64,000 nucleotides of DNA. Origin: Ptychomitrium polyphyllum (Eukaryota). Location of the stretch: the NCBI GenBank assembly GCA_973851085.1, contig OZ316775.1, forward strand, positions 21,328,001 through 21,392,000, in the 5' to 3' direction. Under the pieces are notes generated by a model that was not told the origin of the DNA, ran no database searches, and saw nothing but the letters and a program-made list of their open reading frames with translations. Of this stretch, positions 24,128 through 39,399 are shown piece by piece; position 1 is the stretch's first letter; each line of letters starts with the position of its first letter. Made by a program: the position numbers and the translations under genes.

Positions 24128-25642
24128 TTAATCTTGTGGGGCTTGGAAGGAAGGGGGCCCGAATCCGTCGCAGAGAGAGGCGTCGCAAGAGGAGGCGGTG
24201 AGCATGTCGCGGCGCATGCTTTGGATGTGCGCGGAGAATGACGACGAGTGCGTGCCCACGAATGCTTCGGCCATGGCGCAGATGGCTTTGTCCACCATGG
24301 CCATCACGCCCGCCTCCGACTCGCGCCCCGCCTGTCGCCACAGCACCGCGTCCCACTTCGCCAACGCCTCATGCGCCGTGCTCCGTCGCACCACTGTCAC
24401 GCCCCTCTGCGCCAGCACTGCCACCAGCTCTGATATCTCGCTCTCAGCCGCATCCGTGCTCAGGAACACCACATTCACCCTTGCCTCGTGCACCTTGCTC
24501 TCGATGCAGCGCGCCGCCTGCGGAATGGGGTAGAAGCAGCTCGGCCCCGGCGCCTGCTTGTTGCAGAACACCAAGAATCCGTGGCGTCGGAAATGCACCG
24601 CCAAGAAACCCCCTCCCAAATACGTCTGCACGAACCTCTGCGCCGCCACCACAATGCTCCGGTGTGGGCGCACCACGCTCTGGCAGCCATGCGAGACGAT
24701 CGCAAAGTAGTCCGAGTCCTCGACCTCGGCGTAAAACAAGTCACCCACGGCTATCACCTCCTCCTCCCCGGCTCCAAAACTTGCCACGATGTTCTCTTGG
24801 CTATGCCTTCCCGTCTGCTGCGCCGATGACGACCATACGTCGTGCCGCGTCCCGAACGTGAAGCCTAGTTCTTCCCATTTGGATTGATGCTCTTTGTCGA
24901 AGTAACAATCATGCATGTAGCAAATGAGCTTATCAACGTGCAGATTGTTGCCCCGCGCTGCCTCAAAGTCGTCAAACGTCATGACGACGTCGCTGGAGTT
25001 CTTGCTTCCACTTCCCAGGCATTGCTGCAGGTGGGCGATGTCCAGCAGATGCTCATATTTGTAATCCAGGCTCCCGGGCGGCAGCACCAGCGTCCTCTTT
25101 AACAACGCCGCGAACCACATGTGCTTGCGCAGGCACACGAGATGATTGCTCACTTGCCCCGAATCGCAGAGCATCACCAAGTATCTGCCCCTGCTTGGAT
25201 GCCATGGAATACCCCTCGTGCCTACCCTCGCATCATCCTCTCCACCACTTCCACCCGTTCTGCGACACGCGAGAGGATGAGTCGCTGTGTACGTAGACGC
25301 CGCAGCATCACCATCTCCACCATCAATTGGCGTCACTAAAAGTTCTTGCAGCTGCCTGTTCACTGCCAGCTGCTTTGCTACAAACTCCTTGGAGCTCATG
25401 TACGGATGTGCGGTGGGAGTATCGTTCAAGCATGCAAGCAGCTGTGCTTGCTGATTTGCGAGCAAGCCCAGGGCTGTGGACCTCGTCGTCTCCCATGCAG
25501 TCATGTGACTGTGACCTCGTTGGATGATCCATCGGTATGGCCCATGCCAAGATTGCCATGGCATAGAAGTGGACATCAGGAAGAGCAGCACTAGAGTCAT
25601 GTTGGGCAGCAGCACCACCATCCAGTCTCTGCGACATCCCAT
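24128..25642 (-). CDS. GDP-fucose protein O-fucosyltransferase family protein (type II membrane), intronless
   Basis: N-terminal hydrophobic anchor, GQVSNHLVCLRKHMWFAALLKRTLVLP, FLAVHFRRHGFLVFC, VFLSTDA and MVDKAICAMAEAFVGTHSSSFS. The likely start is MGCRRD at 25642, although the ORF is open to 25750. Confidence 0.88.
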   Translation of the reverse strand: MGCRRDWMVVLLPNMTLVLLFLMSTSMPWQSWHGPYRWIIQRGHSHMTAWETTRSTALGLLANQQAQLLACLNDTPTAHPYMSSKEFVAKQLAVNRQLQELLVTPIDGGDGDAAASTYTATHPLACRRTGGSGGEDDARVGTRGIPWHPSRGRYLVMLCDSGQVSNHLVCLRKHMWFAALLKRTLVLPPGSLDYKYEHLLDIAHLQQCLGSGSKNSSDVVMTFDDFEAARGNNLHVDKLICYMHDCYFDKEHQSKWEELGFTFGTRHDVWSSSAQQTGRHSQENIVASFGAGEEEVIAVGDLFYAEVEDSDYFAIVSHGCQSVVRPHRSIVVAAQRFVQTYLGGGFLAVHFRRHGFLVFCNKQAPGPSCFYPIPQAARCIESKVHEARVNVVFLSTDAAESEISELVAVLAQRGVTVVRRSTAHEALAKWDAVLWRQAGRESEAGVMAMVDKAICAMAEAFVGTHSSSFSAHIQSMRRDMLTASSCDASLCDGFGPPSFQAPQD

Positions 25643-26500
25643 TTCTACATCTGCTGGTGCCGCTTCCACTCCACTACATTTACACAGCTGATCCCCCTCA
25701 CTTACATCGCCACCCCAACCTACTCTCGAATATAGCCAGCCATACCGCAAGCCATACAGTTATTTGGAAACGCAACCCTTTTCTCAACCATAATCTCCCC
25801 ATTGATTTCATCTCCTTCTTTACATCATTTATGTTCAAATCATTTGTCTTTAAGAATCAAATCACATACTTGAATGTCATAATGTTTCACTTGATTGATA
25901 CACGTATTTCAGTGCATGCATCTTAGATCAAGAGTGAGTTTACAAACAACTCTATCTACACCAAGTTGGCAAGAGACACACCTCATCAACTGAACATGGC
26001 AGCAGCGAGTCCTTTGACGCCATAACTAATCAACACCATACATTGTAGACACAAACTTAGCGTGGACTTCTACCCAACCGAGCTGCCTTTCTGTTGTAGC
26101 TCATTATTTACAACAATATCTGCTTCGCAGTTGAGCTGAATTGTAAGCTAATTGCTTTGTGGTCAATCCAAACCTCAACATACTTTACAACAACTTACAG
26201 GATGAGCGACTGTTTCCATCTCACCAGCAGGGCATAGACAACATGCAGTTTCAGAGCCCTGAGCAGCCCTACTAGGGTTCTACTAGTTAGTGTACCTGGT
26301 AATTGGCTACCTTGAGGAGCTACAGCCGCTCCAAGTTTCATGTGCACAACCAATCAAGCATGCTTCATGAAGTAGCATTTATGGTGCAGGGATTAATTAC
26401 AATGTATTATGTACCTCTTAGGCTACATGCTGTCAGGATGTGAAACCCATACTTGTTAACCTTCAAAGTGGAAGAATGCAATAAGAGTGGGATAACTTCG

Positions 26501-26546
26501 CAAATAAGCATGTCTTAAGAGTGAAGTGCAAGTGCATGCTTATTTG
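26501..26546. repeat. Inverted repeat, 12-bp perfect arms
   Basis: caaataagcatg ...22 nt... catgcttatttg. Confidence 0.7.
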
Positions 26547-28080
26547 GAGAATCACCTCCAAAGAATGGTTTATTCGTTGGACACAACAGAAGGACAAGTT
26601 ACAGGTAGTAGTCTATGGTGGTCTTGCATTGTTGTTTTAGACATATTTGGCCATTCCTTTCTTGCAATAATAATATAAATGCTTAACATTTGAAATTCTA
26701 GTATATTATATTAAAAAGAAATAAAAATATTAAGAATCTCTCATGATAGAAAGACATATGTTATATATCTTGTGATGTTTTGTTTAGCAAATTTTCTAAA
26801 AAAACCTTAATATGTTGACATTGTTTTGAATCAATTAAATTGCATTATTTGTCATAATTCATTCAAAGTGGATGTAGATGACATGATTTGTGACCATTAT
26901 CCATGTGATAAAAAGCAATTAATTATTTTACATAGTTACACAAGTACATGGTGTAAATATGGTCACTTCCAAAAATAAATATTAGACCTATTATAGATAC
27001 AATGGTTAATATGAATGAAGTGCCACATGCTTTTCAAGTCATCATAGAGAATGGTTATTTGAATACACAAATTCATGATTCAAAAAGTGCAAAATCATTT
27101 TGTATATTAAGTTCAATGTCAACGATGAAAGTTTAATCGAAATGGCAAATTGTAACCTATTTGTGTAATCCAGCATGGGAATGAAAATAATTACTGAGTG
27201 CAACCAACAACTTGGTCTGCTTCAAAGACCATGTGTACTGCACGTGGTGGAGCTGCAAAATGCTTGAGGTTCAGGTTCAGGTTCAAGTTCAGAGCATGAG
27301 ATGTGATATGATGTTCAACATGTTCAGCATGCTATGATCAAATCATGCAAAATATCGGTCAATGACTGAACGTCGGGAACAACTTGCATGTATATCAGCC
27401 TCGTTTGACATTGCAACAAATGACGTGAAGAAAATAAGATGTAGACACCGTGGAAGATGAATGCACATTTAGTTATCCAATTCAATTGAAACATGGATTG
27501 TAACAATTGCAATCACATCACAATGGAGCACGTTGAAAGTAATTTTTCTGCGGCAAAATTAATTGCTGCAGTACTGCCATCGTCAAGACCTGATTCTAGC
27601 TAATGCTGCGGATGACGTGATTTGGAAGCAAGCATTTCGAAGAAAACTACATCATACAATTGTAACGCATCTGAGAGCCTACATATGCAGTCTAAATGGT
27701 CTGCAAGCCATGCAAGTGAGCTGCACGTTCTTATCATCCGACAAGGACACTACTCCACCCAAGGTCCTGCTGAATCTGCCCTGACCAGTGCCATGGAGAC
27801 TGATCCAGAACGTGGGGTAGTGGTGCTCTCGTGCGGAATGGTAACTTAGGTGATTGGAAACGTCAACTTCACAAGAATTCCAACAGAAAAACACAGCAAA
27901 GATTGAATCACGACAGCACGACAAATGCACATGGAATCTGAAGCAATGACACGAAGGGGTACGACAACTCTAAGGTCCTTGCAAGAATGTCAATTAGAGG
28001 TTCTGTACAGGTAAAAACCAGAAGAACGAAAGCTACAAATAGAATGAACATGGCAGATGAGGAGGGAGGCAACTGGTGCA

Positions 28081-28995
28081 TCAGTGGTAGAACTCCCTCA
28101 TCAACGACTGGAAGATGTTGAGCGTGCGAATGGCCTGATCCGTGTACTGCCCAGCCTCACCCGCAACGCCCCCCAGGCCAGACACATCCAACACATAATC
28201 CTGCGCCGCATTCTGGGCCGGGCTGAGGACGAAGTTGCTGACAGCATCCTTGAGAAAATGCTCTCCAACCTGTTTGAGGCCGATGAGAATGGCGAGGATG
28301 GCCGTCCAGTCCACGCCCGGTGCAATGTCGATGATCAGCTCCGAGCCCGCCCCGAGTGCGGCGTTCATGATGAGCGTCTTCATAGACTTCTCCACCATGG
28401 CGACGCGCTCCTCCTTCTCGTTCACGATCTGCATGGTGCGGCCAGCCAAGTCCACCAGAATGGCGTAGACATCATCTTCAGTGTCACCCTTGCACACCAC
28501 GAGGTTGTGCCGGATGGACATGGACTTCATCCGTGACTGCTTGGCGATGTTAAAATAAGTCTGCTCGCCGCGGCTGTCCATAATGCACTGGCGCCCATGC
28601 ACCGAAAACGTCTTTGGCTTCACTTTGAAGCTGGGCATGCCATGGTACCCGGTCACATGGCAGATCGACTCCCACTCGCCAAGAATGTGAGTGCGATTCC
28701 AGAAGTCGTTCTGGTGCGAAAGCCCCAACGGATCCATCATTTCATAGGGGTTTTTCCCATAGTGGTGCGACACGCACACGAGCTGCCCGTTCAGTGCATT
28801 GAAGATGCGGTTGTCTTCAGCTGAAAGATGGGCTTTCTTGAAAATGAAACGTCCTGGGGCTTGCAAGAACCTGCCCCCAAGAGTAACGCCGCTGCCGGGC
28901 TGTTGCGGCACCAATGGCGCCAAAGGTGGCCCCACTGCAAGCTCCACCAGAAAATTAGGGTCATTTATCCTGTCCACTTCGGTGTGTCTTGCCAT
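28081..28995 (-). CDS. LURP-one-related (LOR/Tubby C-like, DUF567) protein, 304 aa, intronless
   Basis: C-terminal half MQIVNEKEERVAMVEK..ELIIDIAPGVDWTAILAILIGL matches the LOR family end motif. It is a clean ORF with GC-rich third positions. Confidence 0.75.
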   Translation of the reverse strand: MARHTEVDRINDPNFLVELAVGPPLAPLVPQQPGSGVTLGGRFLQAPGRFIFKKAHLSAEDNRIFNALNGQLVCVSHHYGKNPYEMMDPLGLSHQNDFWNRTHILGEWESICHVTGYHGMPSFKVKPKTFSVHGRQCIMDSRGEQTYFNIAKQSRMKSMSIRHNLVVCKGDTEDDVYAILVDLAGRTMQIVNEKEERVAMVEKSMKTLIMNAALGAGSELIIDIAPGVDWTAILAILIGLKQVGEHFLKDAVSNFVLSPAQNAAQDYVLDVSGLGGVAGEAGQYTDQAIRTLNIFQSLMREFYH

Positions 28996-31330
28996 GGCTC
29001 CAAAAAGGGTTTAGATCCAGCCTACAAAACCAAAAGTAAACCCCCGTCTTACTCCAGCACTTTCACATCCCTCAAATCGCAATCGAAGAACTTAGCTACC
29101 AAGTTCATAAAGAAAGCACTGTTTATCTGCACAAACTAGCGCATAGCTATATTGCTTCCATGCAATGCCGTTCGGTTCCCCAACCCCCGTCCCAACCTGA
29201 CCATCTACTGCCACCTAAGATTTTTCACAACACATAAATTCGCCGAAACAGCAGCAGGAGTTTCAGAAAGCGGACACAATCTCCATAAATCACAGAAAGG
29301 TTTCGTCGTTTGCTCTGTCCCGTTTCTAAAATATAACTTCCCATATTTTCATGCAAGTATGTACACGTTAATTTAGTCAAGCGTCCAAACGAGATAGGCA
29401 ACTACTCAAGCAGATCAATCGCCTGCAAGCACTAAGCAGAAAAACGCTAAGCGCCAAAAACAACCCGCTCCAGAAGACTACGTAGGAGCACATGTTCAAC
29501 TAAAAGCGTGATAAGCTATCTCCATGTTAACGACCGATGCATGCAGCACATTTCGGCCACCCCGCAAGCACGTATAGGATTTACATGGCTACGTTACAGA
29601 CTCTAATGGTTCAGTGTTCAGCCAATATTGCAAACTTGCGGGGTCCTGATTAAGTTGCGTGCGCTCAACGAGCGCCATGGAGATGAAGTATGGAATAAAA
29701 TGCAGAATAAAATGAACACAAGCGAAAGGACGCAAGAGTTGTACCGAAGGTGGAAGAATGAGGAGCCGGAACGATGAACTGGGGTGAACCAAGCGGAAAC
29801 AAATCTACCTCAGTGTAGCATGGAAGAGCAGAGGACAGCGAAGAAGTACGGTAGTATAGAGTGCCGAGGGGTTGCCTGTGCAGGAGCGTCCAAGGGAGGC
29901 GCCATAGCCTGGTAAAGGCGGTGCCTATGCCACAGCGGACGGTTGCACGATAAAGGCAAGTCCAGACCAGGCTCGCGCTGATGGACGGTGCGTCTCTTTT
30001 CGTGCTCTTATTGGACCCGCACTCTTGTCACGTTCGTAGCGTTGTCGGTCTCTGGACCCTACCATCTCTGCATTCTTTCCACTTGTCTCGCTGCCATGTC
30101 GGTGATACTTCTCCAATTTTCGTTTCCTCTCGTTAAAAAATCGAACACTGGTACTATGTCGGTGTTCATATTCCGGCACGCTGCACGCTTTTCCGTCCTA
30201 AGTTCCTCTGCTCTTCGATGATGTACCTTGCTCTTTAATAAGATACAAAATGATTTTCGGAAGGGGTTTCAACATGGCATTCTTCGCAAGCTATGCACTT
30301 CACTCTTCCTCTACAGTAAGAATCTCCATGTGCCAACTGCATGTTTTCTGTTTACCTTTCCCTCTTCACTTTAAGTAAATATTATGGAATTAAAATCATT
30401 CAAAAAATCGGAATCAAAGTCTTTGAGGCTCTATTCATAAGAGGAATCCAACTCAACTTGCTAAAAACTCATTCAGTCGGAATTTAAAGGGTTTCAAGTC
30501 AACACTGAATTCCTCATTAGTGCACAAGACATCCCTGTAATGTCAACTTGATACCAATGGTGACCTCTTTGAAGTTTGATACGAAACAAACTTTATAGTA
30601 TAATCAGAAAGTACAAGAAGAGCGGGACTAAAAGTAAGAGGCTCAATCTGTCTGACTGCCTCTTTGCCTAGACAAGCACACGAATTGTTATCAAGGATAT
30701 GTCAAACGAGGCAGCCATGCAAGACATTCAATTCAACAATTTAAATGAATGATTTATACTGATTGCAGGTGGTGATGCCACTCAAATCATGATGGAACAA
30801 ACTTCACTCGTGTACATCTATCAGCTCCTTAATTCCCTCTTCTCTATCGAAGGTCCCTACATGGAATCTTCACTGGGTTTGCAGGATCAATGAGAACGCT
30901 GACAAACATCTCTTTCCCCCTTGCCAGCTACCTTATGAGGTTTACTACGAGAAACGGAATTAAAGAAAAACTAATACTCTGCAGCAAAACAAAGCTGTAC
31001 TGCTTTGGATGCCATAAAACTACGGGATATCCGAGAAGAGATCTGCATAATCGATCATAATTGATCCCCCACAATGGCACATGCAGAGATTCTACAGCAA
31101 TGTGACCACACCCCAAATTCCTAATTAACGCCTCGGGTGATAAAAAATATTTGGACTTTGCTTACAAAAGGTGTCTATCCGCACCACGCCATCACCAAAT
31201 TGGGTAGACCAGATCCTCGGTCATTCTTCAATGCACCAATCCTCGTACAAGGCAAGCACAAGGCGATAGTATATCAACACGAACAAGAAGACTGGACATG
31301 CAATCTAATGGAATTGAGACAAACCTATAG

Positions 31331-35513
<4,183 letters not shown>

Positions 35514-35638
35514 GAGCCTGCGGTAGCTATGGGCAGGCGATTGGAGGGTTACTGATTGCGCGACGTAGTCGGCCGAGAGAACGGCTACGTGTGCTCCGTG
35601 ATTGAAGAGATCCGGCAGACGGAAAGCGAGCAAGAGGA

Positions 35639-36080
35639 CAGCAACAGCAACAGCAACAGCAAGACGCTGCCTTGCGGGGGGGGGGGGGGGGGGGCGCCAA
35701 GGCAGGGGCTGAGAATGGAAATGGTCTGTGGAGAGGCTTTCCTTGTTGGTGCATAGACTCGTCTCGCTGGACAGTCTCGTCGAGAGCGAGAGAGGAGAGA
35801 GCGAGCGAGAGAACCAGTCTGTCTGTGCCAAACCAGTGGCTTGGGTTGAAGTTAGACTAGGCACTGTAGTACCCTTCCAGGGGGAAGGAGGCTCTCTTGC
35901 CCACCCTCTGCGCCCGGATATCAATTGCTCCCACCCACACAAAACATCGCATGGTTGTGTTGCCTGTGACTCTCCAACAGACCTTGCAGGGGAGCTAGAG
36001 CAAGAGCAAGAGCATGAGCATGAGCATGAGCAGAGCAAGAGCAAGAGCAGAGCAAGAGCAAGAGCAGAGCAAGAGCAAGA
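35639..36080. repeat. Simple-repeat cluster upstream of the ARF-GAP: (CAGCAA)n, G19 run, GA-rich tract, (GAGCAA/GAGCAT)n
   Basis: CAGCAA units at 35639-35662, 19 consecutive G at 35676-35694 and a hexamer array at ~35991-36080. Confidence 0.9.
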
Positions 36081-37103
36081 TTGTCCAGGAGAGCCTCGGG
36101 CTAGCGAGGGCTGCGGATGGAGATGGCCCAACTGGGTTTTCCAGTTCGCACGTCCGCACTCCCTTCGCACTGCGAACAAAACCATCAGGTAGTCGTTCTG
36201 CTTTTGTGTCTGGACTACACAAAGACACCTCTACTGCACATTATGGACTCGACATTATGGACGCTGGTTGTAGATTTCAGCGAGGAGAACATGTGCATGT
36301 GGCACGTAATGTCGGTTTTAGGCGTCGTGACGGTTGTAAGAGTGGTGACTGTTTTAGGATATGCATCCCTGGGGTTGGTTGTCGTGAAGGACGAGACGGC
36401 CATTACGCCCGCCTTCTGCGTGTGCGGGTATCTGCCCGGATCTTTGGGATTTGCTTCCTTGGCCTGTTTGGACTTGGTCCAGAGGGATGCCAGCTCTGCT
36501 CTGTTCCTCTCTGCCGCTGCCACCGAGGCGGACCTCCAGATCCGCGGGCTTCATACCCAGAGCTGACGACATACGGTACCCAATTCTCGCAACATCTATG
36601 AAAGGCATATACTTAGGCAACGACATGGGAGATTCCGTAGAACGTGTCGGTTTAGGGCACACTGACGTGTTGGGGCGTGGTGACGGTTTTGGGTATACGT
36701 CCAGACGCGCTCCCTTCCCTTGGGAGCCATTCATCTGAACGGGAGCTCTTGCATCTGCTGGTCGGCGTCCTGTGGCATGTGTGGTTGTTTGCGGCTCCTG
36801 GAAGGGGTACTGGCACCTCATCCCAATAGACGGCCTGCCAATGCCCAAACGGACCTTCAGCCCTTTACCACCGCCGTCCAAAGAACGACGACCTCTGATT
36901 CCTTTCGACGGCCCTGCATGAGTGGAAGTGTGAACCCGAATCCAACTATTTGCATGGTATTCACAACTTAATAATGTATTCTATAAATAAACAAAAAATC
37001 TTAATTTTAAGGCGTAAGACTTCATATGTTGCTTATATAGCCAATGCTATGTTTATACTACTTATATACCAAATTTAAAAAGTACAAATTGGAATAACAT
37101 GTA

Positions 37104-37143
37104 CATTTTATTATGAATGTCACAGACCATTCATAATAAAATG
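37104..37143. repeat. Perfect inverted repeat, 16-bp arms, 8-nt loop
   Basis: cattttattatgaatg tcacagac cattcataataaaatg. Confidence 0.85.
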
Positions 37144-39399
37144 AGGTTCAAATTGAGGTTCAAAATTGCAAATATACTTTGCAAAATTGCAAAATGAGGT
37201 GAAAATTTAGATATAGGTTTTGTAAATTTCTTTCAGCAATTTTCAATAATTTTTTTTAAAAATTTTAAACTTTTTTTATAAAAGCTTTTAATAAGACGGG
37301 ACTAATTAACAACAAAATGTATTTGAAATTTGAAATTATGCTGAATGTGATTAATTTTATAATACGCAACATCTACAATAAGCAAGTATACAACTTTCAT
37401 CCCAAATTTTATATCACTATAAACTCCATAATTAAATTAAATATCTTAGGAAAATTATTTCAATGAATTGAAAAATCTGAATTTGCTCTGGTCAAATTTA
37501 TAACAAATGTCATGCCTATTCTTCAAATCATTTTTTATTCAGTAACACATTTTGATTAATTATTTTAAACAATAATATAACTTCAAAATGATTAATTTTT
37601 TTTGAAATAAATTAATAAAATTTCTTTCAAAAATAGGGATAAAATAATAATTAGCCAATTAACTTCTTTCTTGAAGTATCTATTCAGTTTAAATAATATT
37701 ATGTTTTGATGTTGTTAAATAAAAGAACAGCTCATTTAAATTATGATAAGAGCAAAAAAGTTATTAAATATTATAATTTTTTTGTTTAAAATAAATAGGA
37801 AAAATAAGTGAATTCTCTTGGAAATTTATTTAATGCATAATTTAAATTTAAAATTGTGTACAAATGAGTGACTTTTTTAAATATGTATTGATTACAACGG
37901 TATAGCAATGGAAGTTCTTGAAGTTGCAATTTCAATAATTCATTTATTAACCTTGAAGTTTACATTATTATGTTTAAATAATACATTCTTTTTGCTAATG
38001 AGAAATTTTAAAAATATCATACACTCTTATTTATAGATTTTTATTAAATGAAAAGTCAATATAAGCAAATATGTGGACTTTAATGATGTAAATTATCAAC
38101 AATGATAAGTTGTATAATCTTCAAGACCTTACATAATTGCACTACTAATAACTATACTAAGCACAATCTATGAAAGTTCCTTGTAATGTATACAATATAA
38201 GAAATAAAACTAAAATATGGTCTTATAAAATTTGTTTTCAAAATTGCTTCATTTTATACATGTTTTAAGCATAGATGTTCTATTTAAAGCTACAATAATA
38301 ATACCTACTTTGTATTAAATGAAACCATTATGTCTTCAAATGTTTATAATGCTTATACAACTTGTAATTAAAAAATGATTTAAAGCTCTTTAAAATGACA
38401 TCAAAGATATTTGTTGTATATAATAAAAACATATATTTGATATTATGGACCAAAATACAAACCTCTTATTTATTGATGTCTTCAACTTTTAAAATGAGTT
38501 ATTATAAAATGTGACTATTGGAGCTTTATATAACGCCACGTGGATTTTTATTATTGTATCATTTCATTAATTTTGAGTTCATTGTAAATGGATATAAATT
38601 CATTGATTCCATTGCTAAAACATCTTGAAAGGAAAAGGATCCTACTTTATATAAAATCTTCAAATATTTTCCATGCATTTTCAGTCCTACATTGTCTACT
38701 TTTGGACCCATTTCTACTTTCGGACAAAAACTAAACCTGGAAATAAAATACTTTATTCAAGCAGATCCTTAAACGATCGGAGTTCGTCTTCTTCACCCAA
38801 CGCCAGCCGTTCTCGAACCGGGTTAGAGTTCATTTTTGCAGAATGGCTGCCCAAAGTATCTTGTCCTTGATGTACTCAGTTGTGCCAATTAGTGGATGAC
38901 ACGTCACGCAGTGACGGGAACAAGCCTCCAATCACAACTTGGACATTCTTCAGCGCCACAAAAATTTTGAACTCCGTTTGAGCGCGTGCCTAAAAACTCG
39001 TCACCTCCCCGCCGGGAAAGGAATCCAAATGAGCCAATCTCTTCACAATCAGCCTCGACAATCCCCGTCCATTTCCGTACACACCCTCCCGAGTATCACC
39101 CGTGTATCTCTCATCTATCATAGTAGTATTACATATGTATAGCAGGAGTATCATTCAGGAATCACCTGAGCATGGTCGCCTGGTGAACTCGACGTTCTTC
39201 CAGATTGTGTGAGTTTCTGATTAGGGTTTGTGTCCAGGCGAGTGTAGTCGCTCCTTGTCGAATAGCTCGGCGATGGCGAAGACGACGACAGCGATTGCCG
39301 CTTTCGTCCTTCCCGTCCCTCTCTTCACCTGCACGTACAGCGCCTCGCCATCGCCGCTCTCTTTCCGCTCCCGAACTCTAGTTTCGGTCCAGTTTTGCC

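Noticed and set aside
24198..25594. Antisense and alternate-frame ORFs over the fucosyltransferase (likewise over the MADS, LURP-like and ACA genes)
   Set aside because: These are shadow ORFs expected from GC-rich codon usage of the real gene.
35514..36185. 224-codon in-frame N-terminal extension of the ARF-GAP
   Set aside because: It is largely made of translated microsatellites (CSCS, PPPP, AVAV). The ArfGAP homology starts at MAYTN (35513).
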